Shown here one piece after another: positions 29,755 through 41,937 of a DNA stretch of 64,000 bases; positions within the stretch are counted from its first letter, which is position 1; each line of letters opens with the position of its first letter. Source of the stretch: Candidatus Latescibacterota bacterium (lineage in GTDB: Bacteria; Latescibacterota; UBA2968); the NCBI GenBank assembly GCA_965198115.1, contig OZ240241.1, forward strand, positions 416,001 to 480,000. Reading direction: 5' to 3'. The position numbers and the translations under genes are program-made. Below the pieces are notes generated by a model, which did not search any database, was not told where the DNA came from, and saw only the letters and a list, made by a program, of their open reading frames with translations.

Positions 29755-30888
29755 ATGGGACACGTGAAAAGTAAACTCACACCTGCTCTGTGGGTGGCCA
29801 ATCTGATCATCGGCTTCGAGATCCTGTTCATGATTAGCCCATTTGCCGTCCATTTCTACTCCGCGTACGGACCGAGTCTGAACCTCTTGCATCAGTGGCC
29901 GGAGACCGCGTGGCTTTCATCGTTTTTCCTTCCCCATTTCGCTGAAACTTCATCCGGACTGCTGAACGCACTCCACGAGGCAGGCAGGGTGCTGGTCGTT
30001 CTGGGTGGCGTTCTTTTCGGGATCGGCGCGGGTCAAATCTACTACGCCAAATTCACGGGCAAAGGCGCCGTGACGGGCGGCCTGTATCGATTCAGCCGGA
30101 ATCCGCAGTATGTGGCATTCGCGGTGATGGGACTGGGCGTCGTTCTGGTCTGGCCCCGATTCACGGTTCTGATCGTGTTCGGCATCATGCTGTTCGCCTA
30201 CTATTTCCTGGCGTCGTGGGAAGAGAAGCTCTGCCGGGAAAAGTACGGGTGTGAATTCGCGGCTTACGCGGCACGGACTCCGATGTTCTTCCCGGGGTTC
30301 AATGGGCCTCGTCTGAGCCGAGTGACCTCGGCGATCGAATCGGCGTTCCGAAGGAACTCGGTTCGCGCCGTGGTCGTCGTGTGCACGGTAGAACTGATGG
30401 TTCTGGGAGGGCTCCAACTACAGAGCCACGTGATCGACCGGCTGTCTACATCCTACACGAAGGATACGGCAACGATCTCCGTGGTTGCCCAGCTGACCTC
30501 CGAAGAGATCGATCGAATCGTCGGGGTCGCGTTGAAAGATCCGACTGTGATGGAAAAATTGAAAGCAGCGGGCCTCGGTTCCGGCGTGAAATTTCTGAAC
30601 TACATCGTGCCGGCCGAGTGGTATCTGCCCGACGTTCCGCTCGAGGTCATTCCGGAAGGCATCCAGGGCCATCATCAGCCCACGCCTTCTGGAGACGGTT
30701 ACAAAGTTCTGTTCACGCGGGCGAAGACGACGGGGTGTGAGGGAGACGGGAAGACGATCATCCAGTGTACGTTCGGCAGAGAGCCCATCGTTGTCGCCAG
30801 TGTCGATGCTGCATCCGGCGCGCTGTTGTCGATCGCCGATCCTCCTCCCCACGTTCGTTGGGGCGACATACCGACTCCGCTGTTCTGA
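29755..30888 (+). CDS. ICMT/PEMT-family membrane methyltransferase with C-terminal extension
   Basis: VTGGLYRFSRNPQY, EE..C..KYG..F..Y..RTP.F; GGAGG RBS favours ATG 29755. Confidence 0.8.
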   Translation: MGHVKSKLTPALWVANLIIGFEILFMISPFAVHFYSAYGPSLNLLHQWPETAWLSSFFLPHFAETSSGLLNALHEAGRVLVVLGGVLFGIGAGQIYYAKFTGKGAVTGGLYRFSRNPQYVAFAVMGLGVVLVWPRFTVLIVFGIMLFAYYFLASWEEKLCREKYGCEFAAYAARTPMFFPGFNGPRLSRVTSAIESAFRRNSVRAVVVVCTVELMVLGGLQLQSHVIDRLSTSYTKDTATISVVAQLTSEEIDRIVGVALKDPTVMEKLKAAGLGSGVKFLNYIVPAEWYLPDVPLEVIPEGIQGHHQPTPSGDGYKVLFTRAKTTGCEGDGKTIIQCTFGREPIVVASVDAASGALLSIADPPPHVRWGDIPTPLF

Positions 30889-30900
30889 TCGGAGCATAGC

Positions 30901-33128
30901 ATGATCTGGGTCGTTCGATTGATACTGACGATGGCGTTCATCGGTACCGCGATGGTCGGCGGATATGTGATCATCCGTGACGCCCGAGACAAGGTGCACC
31001 GGCTTTTCGGGCTGATCGCGCTCAGCGCGCTCGGATGGATGTTCACGAGCCTCGTCCACGCTTGGGACCCGGACCACCTGTTCCATTCGCCCCCTCTCTG
31101 GGGCCCTGCGGGCGGATTCTTTTCCACGTGGGTTATCCCGATCGCCGTGCACTTCGTCCTGCACTTTCCGAAGCCCCTCCGACCCGTGAGAGGATGGCAC
31201 CTGGCTCTCCTCTACGTGCCGACCACCTTCCTGGCTTTCAGCTGGCTGACGGGCGGGATGGTCGACTACTCGGGGTGGCCAGACGAAGGAGGCCGGCCGA
31301 CGCGTCTGTCCTCCGCGCTGGTCGTGTGGATCGCACTCCTGGTTCCTTCGTCGATCGCCCTGATGCTGCTGAAGCTTCGCAGAATCAAGCACGCGGTCGA
31401 GCGGAACCAGATGAAAACGGTGATCATCGGGTTCTCTCTGAGCGCATCGCTGTGCCTCACCACGGCCGGCATTCTGCCGCTCCTGGGTTTCAACGCGCTG
31501 TCGCCCGTCAGCTCTGCCTTCTTCCTGATCTGGATCGAGTGTACGGCCTTCGCGATCGTTCGGTTCGGGCTGTTTCACTCCGCGGTCACGAAAGTCCGTT
31601 CACGATCACTCTCCCACAAGCTTCAGGTTTCGCTCGGTCTGATCATCGTGGTTCTGTTCTTCTCCGTACAGTTTCCGCTGATCGTCTACCTGACGCCGGG
31701 CGATCAGCCGTTCGAGTGGTGGTGGCAGATGGGGCTGCTGGTCCTGGGCGCTCAGGTTCTTCAAGGTCTGCTGATCGGACTCGCTTTCTGGAAGTTGCGG
31801 CTCCGTTGAAGCGATTGACCGAATCCTCCGGCCGGATCGCCGATGGCGCGCTGGGCGAGCGTGTTCACGTTCACGGGGACGAATCGAGAGTGATTGCGCG
31901 CTATCGTGGGCGTGACGAGATGGACGAGCTCGCTGAGACCTTCAACCGGATGTCGTCCACTTTGGAAAGGAACTTCAGCGATCTGGAGAGTCTGAACACG
32001 GATCTCTACAGGGCGAATCAGCTGAACGAAAACATCCTGAACAGCATCAGTCTTGCGCTGACTGTCGTGGATCTCGAGGGTCGTGTTCTGGAGTGGAACA
32101 GCGCCTATGCCGAGTGGACGGGAATCGACAAGGCCGAGGCGTTGGGAAAACACTACGCAACAGATCTCGGCGGATCGTTCTCGGACACGAATGTGTCCCA
32201 GGAGATGGCTGACCTTCTATCACACAGAGAGCCAGTCGCGCTTCAGAATCTGAGTTTTTCAGCGACCGAATCAGAGTCCCGGACCGTCAACCTGGTCGGG
32301 TTTCCTCTACGGGACGTCGAGGGTGAGGTGTTTGGAGCGGTGATCGTGCTCGAGGACGTGACCGAGCGAGCACAACTCGAGGCTCAGCTCCAGCAGTCGG
32401 CGAGACTGGCTTCCGTCGGCGAGCTCGCGGCGGGTGTTGCCCACGAGGTCAACAATCCGCTCGGGTCGATCTCCTCTCTCGCTCAGATGCTGCTTTCGTC
32501 GCCCGGTGGCGAGCAAAGCGACGCGCTTCGGACGATCGTCGATCAGGTCAATCGGATCTCGGGTATTCTCGGCAATCTTGTCGATTTCTCCCGTGCACGT
32601 CCCGCAGTGAAGGAGCAGGTCGAGATTTCGGAGGTCGTCGATTCGGTGGTCGGGCTGGCGAAGTTCAATCGGAAGTTCAGGGATATCGAGATCGATCGTC
32701 GGCTGGATCCGGCGTGTCCACACATCACGGGGGACGCCGGTCAGATTCAGCAGCTTCTGTTGAACCTGCTGCTGAACTCGGCGGACGCAATGCCGACTGG
32801 GGGTCTGGTCAAGATCGAGACGGATGGGCATCCGCCTGGAGAACAGTCGATGGCCCTGAAAATTCGTGTGACGGATACCGGTCACGGAATCCCTGAGAAT
32901 CAGATCAATCGGGTGTTCGATCCCTTCTTCACGACGAAACCGACTGGTGAGGGGACGGGACTCGGTCTGTCGGTCTGTTACGGCGTCGTTCGCTCACACG
33001 ACGGAGAGATCGCTGTGGAAAGCGAGGAGGGATTCGGGACGACGTTCGTGATCGATCTGCCGACTGGGGAGGCAGAAGGACTGAACCACCAAGACACCAA
33101 GGGCACCAAGGGCACCAAGGAAACATAG
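30901..33128 (+). CDS. Multi-TM/HAMP/PAS sensor histidine kinase (1-nt frameshift ~31793)
   Basis: HAMP DEMDELAETFNRM, H-box AHEVNNPL, N box, FDPFFTTK, GTGLGL. Confidence 0.9.
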
Positions 33129-33180
33129 GACGATGGGGAGCTGGGGAGCTGGGGAGCGGAGGTGCAGGGGAGCAGGGGAG
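33085..33180 (+). repeat. Stacked short tandem repeats (9-mer CACCAAGGG; 8-mer GGGGAGCT/A)
   Basis: Read directly at the HK 3' end. Confidence 0.85.
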
Positions 33181-33265
33181 ATGGCTTTGTCTGGCTGCAC
33201 GGTCACTTCCTCAACTTAAGTGACGTTTAGTGTGAAGCACACAAACCAGAACGACGGATAAAAAA

Positions 33266-34685
33266 GGCTATATCCGGATCTCTCAACGAGATGAAGTGGG
33301 TGAAGGTGCCGTGGTTCCTGGCATGGGGGCGCGGTTAGCGTGTGCGGAACCTCTTCGGAATCTGCTCAGGGATGTTTATGTCTCCGACGGTAAGGAAGAT
33401 CATATCGTTGAATGCGTCGAGTGTGCGGAATCCGCTGGCTCGGTTCTTGACGATTTGGACGATTCGGTTGAGGCCTTCGGCGATGGCGTTGGTAAGACGC
33501 GTGTTCACGAATGCGAGGACGCCGAAGAAGTGCTGTCGCAGGGTCCTGACGAACTTTCGCAGGGGTTCACGTCGACTTCTGAGTGCGGACGTCGTCCAGC
33601 ATTTCAGGAAGCGTTCGGCAGCCCAGGGCGCTTTGTATTCCCAGAACTGCTCGAACTCGTCCTTGAGTCTCCAGGCTCTATAGATTCGGTAGTTCGCCTT
33701 CTCCAGTGCTTTGAGTGTCCGAGTATCCCCTCTGGAGCGTGTCGCTGAGTGCCGGTAGAGGAGCCATCGGAGGCCCTTCATGGCTTTGCGCTCATCCGGG
33801 GCAGCTTTACGCCACTGGTCCTTACGGACCTCGTCAACGGCGGCATTGAGAGCCTTGACGATGTGAAAGCGATCGAGGACCAGCTTGGCATTCGGACAGT
33901 GTTCCTGGATGGCTCCGATGTAAGCTTCGCTCATGTCGCAGCAGGCCCACTCGATCTTGGATCTCCGGTAGGGACTGAGAGCCTCTGTGAAGAACCGATC
34001 GATCGTTTTACGCGCCCTGCCGCGGCCAACCCACACCACGCAGGAGCGGTCCAGATCGTAAACGAGCGTGGCGTACCTGTGACGCTTGGCGTAGGAGATC
34101 TCGTCGATCCCGATGGTTTTGAGCCCTCGGATACGATGACCTTCACGAAGCCGCGTGATGGATCGGTGAAGGAGATCCGACAGCGTCGAGGCAGAGATGC
34201 GCAGTAACTCGGACGCCGCCTTCTGCGTCATGGTCTGGCAGTAGCGCAGCATGGCATACTCGAAGCGATACGTCACCCGAGAGAACCGCTCCGCCCACGG
34301 AATCTCCTCGACCACACGACCGTGGGTAGGACACCGAATCTCCCGAGGATGGTAGAGAAGCCAGACCCTCCACCCGCACACCGGAATGTCACGCCACCGA
34401 CGCGGATGGGGCATTGTGCGGACGATTTTACCTCGACGGCCGCACTCCGGACAACAACAACCATTCTTATGTGGCTTTACGGCGATGACGAAACAGCTTC
34501 TCCCCTCAAACCACCAGCTGACAACACGGAACCCCTTGAATCTCAGCAGTTTCGATAGTAATCTGCTCCCGGTCATAGGTCGCACCCCCTTCGCTTTGAT
34601 TGTCCTACACACACAACCAAGCGTAGGGAACGATCTATGACCTTGTCATTCTATAGTTTCACCGTTGAGAAACCCGGATAGAGCC
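33266..34685 (-). mobile_element. ISL3 copy (intact transposase 33335..34612)
   Basis: 8-bp TSD ATAAAAAA, whose last base is the A of the regulator ATG. Confidence 0.97.
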
Positions 34686-34692
34686 ATAAAAA

Positions 34693-36096
34693 ATGGCTGG
34701 CGAGAAGATTCTGATTGCTGAAGACGAAGATCTGCTGCGGAACATTCTGGTCAGGCTGCTGACGGACGAAGGATATGACACGTTCTCCTCAGCCAACGGA
34801 CAGGATGCGCTCGAGATTTTCGAGAATGAACGGATCGATCTGGTGCTGACGGATATCCGGATGCCTAAAGTCGACGGTCTGGAGCTGCTGGGACGCGTGA
34901 AGGATCTGGACGACGACGTGATGGTGATCGTGACGGCGGCCTTCGGTTCGGTCGACTCGGCGGTGGAAGCGATGCGGAAGGGGGCGTACGACTACATCAC
35001 CAAGCCTTTCATCAACGACGACATCGTTCTGACCGTCCGGAATGCGCTGCAGCAGAGAGACCTGTTCCGCGAAAACCGCTATCTGAAGCGCATTCTCCGT
35101 GAGAAGTACCGATTCGACCAGATCATCGGGAAGAGCGAGGCCATGCAAGAGGTCTACGACCTGATGGAAAAGGTCTGCAAGACGACGACGAATGTCCTGC
35201 TGACGGGAAAGAGTGGAACCGGAAAAGAGCTCGTGGCACAGGCCATTCACTTCAACTCCGATCGATCGGGCCGACCTTTTCTTGCGGTGAACTGCGCCGC
35301 GCTGACGGAGAGCCTGCTCGAAAGCGAGTTGTTCGGTCACGTGAAGGGCGCGTTCACGGGTGCGGATACGGCGAAGGTGGGCTACTTCGAGCGAGCGAAC
35401 GGCGGCACGCTCTTTCTGGATGAAATCGGCGAGATCTCTTCCACGCTTCAGATCAAACTGCTGCGGACGCTCCAGGAGCGGGAGGTCGTACCGGTGGGCA
35501 GCACCGATCCGATACAGCTGGACGTCCGGCTGATCTGTGCCACCCACCGCGATGTAGAAGTGGAGGTCGCTGAGGGAAGACTTCGAGAGGATTTTTACTA
35601 CCGAATCAATGTGATGCAGATTTCGCTCCCCGCGCTCAGCGATCGGAGGGACGATATCCCATTGCTCGCTCGACACTTTCTCAGTGTGGGTGAAAAACGG
35701 ACGGGAAATCCTCACATCAGTATTTCCAGAGAAGCGATGATGTGCCTGATCAACTACGACTGGCCAGGCAACGTGCGTGAGCTCGAGAACGTGATCGAAC
35801 GGTCGATTGTTCTGATCGAGGGAGATACCATCCTGCCCGAGCATCTGCCACAAAAGGTCAGGACAGTGTCGATCGAAATCGAGGATCCCGATGGAGAAGA
35901 GGCGACGCTGGCCGAGTTGGAGAAACAGCACATTCTGCGCGTGCTGGGCCGCGTCGAGGGCAGGAAGTCGGAGGCAGCGAGAATTCTGGGGATCAACCTG
36001 GCGACGTTGTATCGGAAGTTGAATCGCTATGAGGAAGGTCAAAGACTTGGAACCACCCCTCGACTTCGCTCGGGACAGGCTCCTGAACACGAATGA
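34693..36096 (+). CDS. Sigma54-dependent NtrC/AtoC-family response regulator
   Basis: Receiver domain, GKSGTGKE, ESELFGH.KGAFTGA, WPGNVREL, Fis-type HTH. Confidence 0.96.
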   Translation: MAGEKILIAEDEDLLRNILVRLLTDEGYDTFSSANGQDALEIFENERIDLVLTDIRMPKVDGLELLGRVKDLDDDVMVIVTAAFGSVDSAVEAMRKGAYDYITKPFINDDIVLTVRNALQQRDLFRENRYLKRILREKYRFDQIIGKSEAMQEVYDLMEKVCKTTTNVLLTGKSGTGKELVAQAIHFNSDRSGRPFLAVNCAALTESLLESELFGHVKGAFTGADTAKVGYFERANGGTLFLDEIGEISSTLQIKLLRTLQEREVVPVGSTDPIQLDVRLICATHRDVEVEVAEGRLREDFYYRINVMQISLPALSDRRDDIPLLARHFLSVGEKRTGNPHISISREAMMCLINYDWPGNVRELENVIERSIVLIEGDTILPEHLPQKVRTVSIEIEDPDGEEATLAELEKQHILRVLGRVEGRKSEAARILGINLATLYRKLNRYEEGQRLGTTPRLRSGQAPEHE

Positions 36097-36212
36097 ACAC
36101 GAATGTTGGGGAGAAGGGACGCAGATATCGAAAATCGAGAATCGAGGATCGAAGATTGGGGATCGAAAGCCCGCTCCTTATTCTCGATCCTCGATAGTCA
36201 ATTCTCGATTTT
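36055..36212. repeat. REP-like motif, 10-mer GAACACGAAT x2, and inverted 7-mer (ATCGAGA/G) arrays
   Basis: CCCCTCGACTTCGCTCGGGACAGGCT; ATCGAAAATCGAGAATCGAGGATCGAAG and its complement TTCTCGATCCTCGATAG. Confidence 0.8.
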
Positions 36213-36232
36213 ATGAAACAGGAGCAAGATCG

Positions 36233-36739
36233 ATGTCAAGGGTTTGGGTGATCACCGGACTCGTGCTCGTGTGCGGTCTGGGGGCTGGGGTCGCGGCGGG
36301 TACGGTCGAGGCAGATGACGTTCTGGGGGAGTGGGTGACGGCCGGTGGCGAGTCGCGTGTTGAAGTAATCAGGCGAGACGATCTGTATTGCGGAAGCATC
36401 GTGGGTCTGATCGAGCCGTTCTATGGAGCAGGGGAACGGAGCGGGATGGATGGCGTGCCGAGGGTCGATGTCGAGAATCCGGACAAGAAGCTGCGCGATC
36501 GACCGTTGCTGGGTCTCGAGATTCTTCGCGATTTCAGGTTCGAGGAGGACAAGTGGGTGGGGGGACGCGTCTACGATCCGAAGAATGGCAAGACGTACCG
36601 ATGCGAATTGAGGCTGGAGGGGAGCAAGCTGAAGGTGAGGGGATACATCGGCGTTTCGTGGCTGGGCCGAACGACGGAATGGGAACGCGCCGACGGTTAC
36701 TACGCGAAGGTTCTGCGCATGCTGGGGAAAGCCTCGTGA
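36233..36739 (+). CDS. DUF2147 family exported protein
   Basis: D.ENPD.KLR.RPLLG, W.GG.VYDPKNGKTY, L.VRGYIG..LGRT..W.R. Confidence 0.9.
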   Translation: MSRVWVITGLVLVCGLGAGVAAGTVEADDVLGEWVTAGGESRVEVIRRDDLYCGSIVGLIEPFYGAGERSGMDGVPRVDVENPDKKLRDRPLLGLEILRDFRFEEDKWVGGRVYDPKNGKTYRCELRLEGSKLKVRGYIGVSWLGRTTEWERADGYYAKVLRMLGKAS

Positions 36740-38741
36740 CCCGGCTTGCCATCGCCATTGCTGTCGCCCTCTGGGTCTTGCCTGTGGACGTTCCGGCGCA
36801 GGAGGAAGAGATGGACGATCGTCTGTCCGTCTCGGCTGAGTTCCTGTTTCCAGACGATCGTGACAACCGAGATATCCGCGTTACCAACATCTCGCTGGAA
36901 ACGGGGAAGTACCTGCGACACGGCTTGTGGCTCCGAGGTGCGATCGGGGTCGCTGTGACGGACGGTGTTTACGTGGAGGATGATGGTTCCTCAGAGGGTC
37001 GGGCATTCGAGGCGAACGGGGTGGGTACGGGTCTCCACGGCTATCTGCGATGGCGGCCCGTTCGGATAGGCCGGGTCGCACCGTTCATCGACGCTGGAAT
37101 CGGAATGCTTTTTATGGGCTATATCCGGATCTCTCAACGAGCTGAAGTGGGTGAAGGTGCCGTGGTTCCTGGCATGGGGGCGCGGTTAGCGTGTGCGGAA
37201 CCTCTTCGGAATCTGCTCAGGGATGTTTATGTCTCCGACGGTAAGGAAGATCATATCGTTGAATGCGTCGAGTGTGCGGAATCCGCTGGCTCGGTTCTTG
37301 ACGATTTGGACGATTCGGTTGAGGCCTTCGGCGATGGCGTTGGTAAGACGCGTGTTCACGAATGCGAGGACGCCGAAGAAGTGCTGTCGCAGGGTCCTGA
37401 CGAACTTTCGCAGGGGTTCACGTCGACTTCTGAGTGCGGACGTCGTCCAGCATTTCAGGAAGCGTTCGGCAGCCCAGGGCGCTTTGTATTCCCAGAACTG
37501 CTCGAACTCGTCCTTGAGTCTCCAGGCTCTATAGATTCGGTAGTTCGCCTTCTCCAGTGCTTTGAGTGTCCGAGTATCCCCTCTGGAGCGTGTCGCTGAG
37601 TGCCGGTAGAGGAGCCATCGGAGGCCCTTCATGGCTTTGCGCTCATCCGGGGCAGCTTTACGCCACTGGTCCTTACGGACCTCGTCAACGGCGGCATTGA
37701 GAGCCTTGACGATGTGAAAGCGATCGAGGACCAGCTTGGCATTCGGACAGTGTTCCTGGATGGCTCCGATGTAAGCTTCGCTCATGTCGCAGCAGGCCCA
37801 CTCGATCTTGGATCTCCGGTAGGGACTGAGAGCCTCTGTGAAGAACCGATCGATCGTTTTACGCGCCCTGCCGCGGCCAACCCACACCACGCAGGAGCGG
37901 TCCAGATCGTAAACGAGCGTGGCGTACCTGTGACGCTTGGCGTAGGAGATCTCGTCGATCCCGATGGTTTTGAGCCCTCGGATACGATGACCTTCACGAA
38001 GCCGCGTGATGGATCGGTGAAGGAGATCCGACAGCGTCGAGGCAGAGATGCGCAGTAACTCGGACGCCGCCTTCTGCGTCATGGTCTGGCAGTAGCGCAG
38101 CATGGCATACTCGAAGCGATACGTCACCCGAGAGAACCGCTCCGCCCACGGAATCTCCTCGACCACACGACCGTGGGTAGGACACCGAATCTCCCGAGGA
38201 TGGTAGAGAAGCCAGACCCTCCACCCGCACACCGGAATGTCACGCCACCGACGCGGATGGGGCATTGTGCGGACGATTTTACCTCGACGGCCGCACTCCG
38301 GACAACAACAACCATTCTTATGTGGCTTTACGGCGATGACGAAGCAGCTTCTCCCCTCAAACCACCAGCTGACAACACGGAACCCCTTGAATCTCAGCAG
38401 TTTCGATAGTAATCTGCTCCCGGTCATAGGTCGCACCCCCTTCGCTTTGATTGTCCTACACACACAACCAAGCGTAGGGAACGATCTATGACCTTGTCAT
38501 TCTATAGTTTCACCGTTGAGAAACCCGGATAGAGCCTTTTTATGACCGAAGCGTTCCCACCGAGTGGGACGGTGTGGAACTTCAGTCCACGCCACGGAGC
38601 AGGCATCGACGTGCGAATCAGCGACGGCTGAGTGTGGCTGTCGCCTATCGTCACGTGCATTATTCGAACGGGAAAGGTTTCGGGCATCCGCGGAATCCGT
38701 CGTATGACGGGAGTGGGGTTTTGGTGGCGGTTTCGTGGTAG
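36736..38741 (+). pseudogene. PagL-like acyloxyacyl hydrolase beta-barrel split by ISL3
   Basis: PFIDAGIG|F..FPP.GT.WNF, YRHVHYSNG...NP; second frame break ~38625. Confidence 0.75.
37117..38536 (-). mobile_element. ISL3 copy (intact transposase 37186..38463)
   Basis: 8-bp TSD TTTTTATG. Confidence 0.97.
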
Positions 38742-38763
38742 GACTCGGAGTGAAGGCGCTTCA

Positions 38764-39065
38764 CAGAGAGGGGCAGAAAAGTCCCGCTTCCCTCGGTACA
38801 GCCGCTAACGCGGCCACTCGGGACAGGCACGCGCCGCGGCCCTCGATACGCGCGTGGAACAGAGCTGTTCGCGAAACCACGCGCAACTCGGGCACACGGT
38901 CGTTACCCTCCCCAACGGCTATTCCGCATCCCCGAGTGCCCTCCGCAGGAGGGTGTAACGAGGGGGCCGGCCTTTACCTGGTCCGCTATTGCGTGGGAGA
39001 CGTGCTCTTTCAACGGTCTTAAGGAGCGGTTGGTTTCTGATCGGTCCACACCCAAGCGTGAAGAA
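38764..39065. repeat. Dispersed intergenic repeat, copy B (internally structured)
   Basis: GCAGAAAAGTCCCGCT...TACCTGGTCCGCTATT...AACGGTCTTAAGGAGCG shared with copy C. Confidence 0.7.
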
Positions 39066-39112
39066 CCAGCTCTAAATCATGAATCCTGTCCACGATAGGA
39101 AATGAGTCGCTA

Positions 39113-41443
39113 ATGAAACTCTACAGATTCGTTTTGACAGCTCTGCTTGCGGTTCCGGCAATGGTGTGGGCTGATGGTACGATCACAGGGATGGTTGTTG
39201 GCGGCTCGGACAAGGATCCACTGCCTTATGTGAATGTGACGGTCGCGGGGCATCCTTTCGGGGAAATGACCGATCTGGCGGGGAGGTTCTCGATCAGGCT
39301 TCCTGCAGGCAGCTACACGTTGACGGCTTCTATGATTGGGTATGCCCCGGGTGTGATTCAGGGTGTGGGCGTCGATTCCGGGTCTGTTGCGGAGGTTGTT
39401 TTCCAGCTGGAGGAGCGGATGCTCGAGCTGGCGGCAATCACCGTGACGCCGGGGCGGTTCGCGATCATGCAGGCGGATCCGGTGGTTTCGCAGACGTTGT
39501 CGCGGGAGGATATCGAGAGTATTCCTCAATTCGGCGAAGACATCTATCGGGCGGTGACGCGACTGCCGGGCATCTCGGCCAACGATTTTTCCGCGAAGTT
39601 CACGGTCCGCGGGGGCGAGCACGAGGAGGTGCTGGTCAGCCTCGATGGCCTCGAGATCAAAGACCCGTTCCACTTGAAGGACATCAACGGCGGGGGGCTG
39701 AGTATCATCGACGTGATGGCGATCGGTGGGATCGATCTGATGACGGGTGGGTTTCCCGCGCAGCACGGCGGGCATCTGAGCGGGGTGTTCAACATCTCGT
39801 CGATCACGCCTAAGCCCGAACGTCAGACTACGCTGGGCATCAGCCTGATGAACGCCCGCGTCATGAGCGAGGGGCAGTTCAACAAGGGAGACGGGAAGTG
39901 GATGATGTCGGCGCGAAGGGGATACCTGGATATCGTCCTCAAGATCATGAACGAGGAGCAGATCGAACCGAAGTACTACGATGTGTTCGGAAAGGTCGAA
40001 TACGCGTTGAACGATCGTCACACGCTGTCTACCCACGTGTTGGCTGCGGGTGATGATCTGTTTGCGCAGGAAGACAGAGACACGGCTCGTACGAAATATG
40101 ACAATACCTACGTCTGGCATCGGCTGAATTCGACGTTCGGGGCGAGCCTGGCGGCGGAAACGGTTCTCTCGTTCAGCCGGATCACGCACTCGAGGGAGGG
40201 AAAGGACCTGGAGGTGGCACCGGTTCCTCAAGGAGATGGGTTTTCCTACGTGGATGAGGTCCAGTGGAACGTGGCCGACGAGCGAAGTTTCAACGTGTTC
40301 GGGCTGAAACAGGACTGGAACTGGGAGACGACGGACCGTCATCTGATCAGTTGGGGATTCGGCGTGAAGCGATTGAAGGCGGACTACGACTATTTCAATC
40401 GAGATCGCTTTTTCGGCCGAACCGGCCCTGACGAAGCGATCGCCTCGTTGTATGACACGACTCGCGTTACGGTGAATCCTACGGGGAACGAGCTCGGACT
40501 GTTCGTGAGCGATCGATTCCGGTTGGGGAGTCGGGTGACGGCGGAAGTCGGACTTCGATATGACCGGGTCAGCCACACAGACGACAGCGATTTCAGTCCC
40601 CGAGCGAGCGTGGTGCTCAACCCGACCTTCCGGACCGCGCTGAGAGCTGGCTGGGGTTTCTATCACCAGAGCTAGGGGATCCACGAACTGGACGTTCAGT
40701 TCGGCGACGCAATCTTCTACCGATCGGAACGGTCGGAGCACCGTGTCGTCGGTTTCGAACACGTCTTCTCACGAGGGACGCAGCTCCGCGTCGAGGGGTA
40801 TCAGAAGAAGCGATCGAATGTCCGGCCGAGATACGAGAACCTATCGAAGGACGTTCTGTTTTTCCCGGAGTTGGAGGCGGAGCGGCTGTTTCTGAGACCG
40901 GAGCGCGCGGAGTCGAAGGGTGTCGAGGTTTATCTGAAACGAGATGTGGGAAAGAAGTTCAGTTTCTGGAGCAGCTACGCGATGGCGTGGGCGGACGAGC
41001 GGATCGACGGGTTCGACGTGCCGAAGAACGCCGATCAACGACACACGTTCTATCTGGACGCCAACTTCAGGCCCAATCGGCGGTGGCGGTTCAATGTGGC
41101 GTGGCAGTACCGATCGGGATGGCCCTACAGTGAGCAGGTCTTCGCGAGGCGGGACGCGCCGGAGGGTCTTTTCCCGTTCACGCGACGCTACGGTCAGCTC
41201 AACGCAAAGCGCTTTCCGGCCTATCACCGACTCGATGTCCGCGTGAATCATGCGTTCGATCTGGATCGTGGCCGACTGTCCGTGTTCCTAGAAATGGTGA
41301 ATCTCTACAACCGAGATAACATCAGGCTGATCGAGGCCGGTTCACTGGATGTTGTGGAGAATGGTGACCTGATCGTGGCCAGCGAACATACGGAGAAATG
41401 GTTCCCGCTGTTGCCGTCGATCGGGGCGAGCTGGGAGTTCTAG
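39113..41443 (+). CDS. TonB-dependent receptor with in-frame TAG at 40673-40675
   Basis: Carboxypeptidase-like N-domain, plug VRGG, LGYHRLD-like PAYHRLDVRV, terminal F; both ORFs share one frame. Confidence 0.9.
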
Positions 41444-41446
41444 GCG

Positions 41447-41893
41447 ATGATTCAGATCACGATCAAGGAAAGCGTCGTCATCGAAGCCCCGGTCGAGCGC
41501 GTGTGGGACTACACGCAGGACTGGTCTCGACGGATCGAATGGGATCCCGCTGTCAAGAGTGCAGAAATTCTGGCCACGGATCCCACACCCATCGTCCGCG
41601 TTGAGGGGCAGGGAGGAACGTCCTTCACGGCACGCTATAGACTGTTTCGGCGTCCTGAGCAGACCAGCCTCGCGATCACTGAGGGCGTGCCGCGCTGGCT
41701 AGGGGGAGGCGGTTCCTGGAAATACGAGTCGGATGAGAGGGGTACGGTGTGGACGCAGACGAACACAGTGACGATTTCGGGACGCTTACGTGCGTGGCTG
41801 TTGCGCTGGCCGATCAGCCGGCAGCTCCGGTCTTTGACCCGCCGGGCGATGGCGAACGCCAAGGCGAATATTGAGGTTCTTCACTCACAGTAG
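41447..41893 (+). CDS. SRPBCC/polyketide cyclase family protein
   Basis: ESVVIEAPVERVWDY..D..RR.EW. Confidence 0.85.
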   Translation: MIQITIKESVVIEAPVERVWDYTQDWSRRIEWDPAVKSAEILATDPTPIVRVEGQGGTSFTARYRLFRRPEQTSLAITEGVPRWLGGGGSWKYESDERGTVWTQTNTVTISGRLRAWLLRWPISRQLRSLTRRAMANAKANIEVLHSQ

Positions 41894-41937
41894 TGGTACA
41901 GGTTCCGCCAACCCTCCATGCAATATCTATCTGTGTT

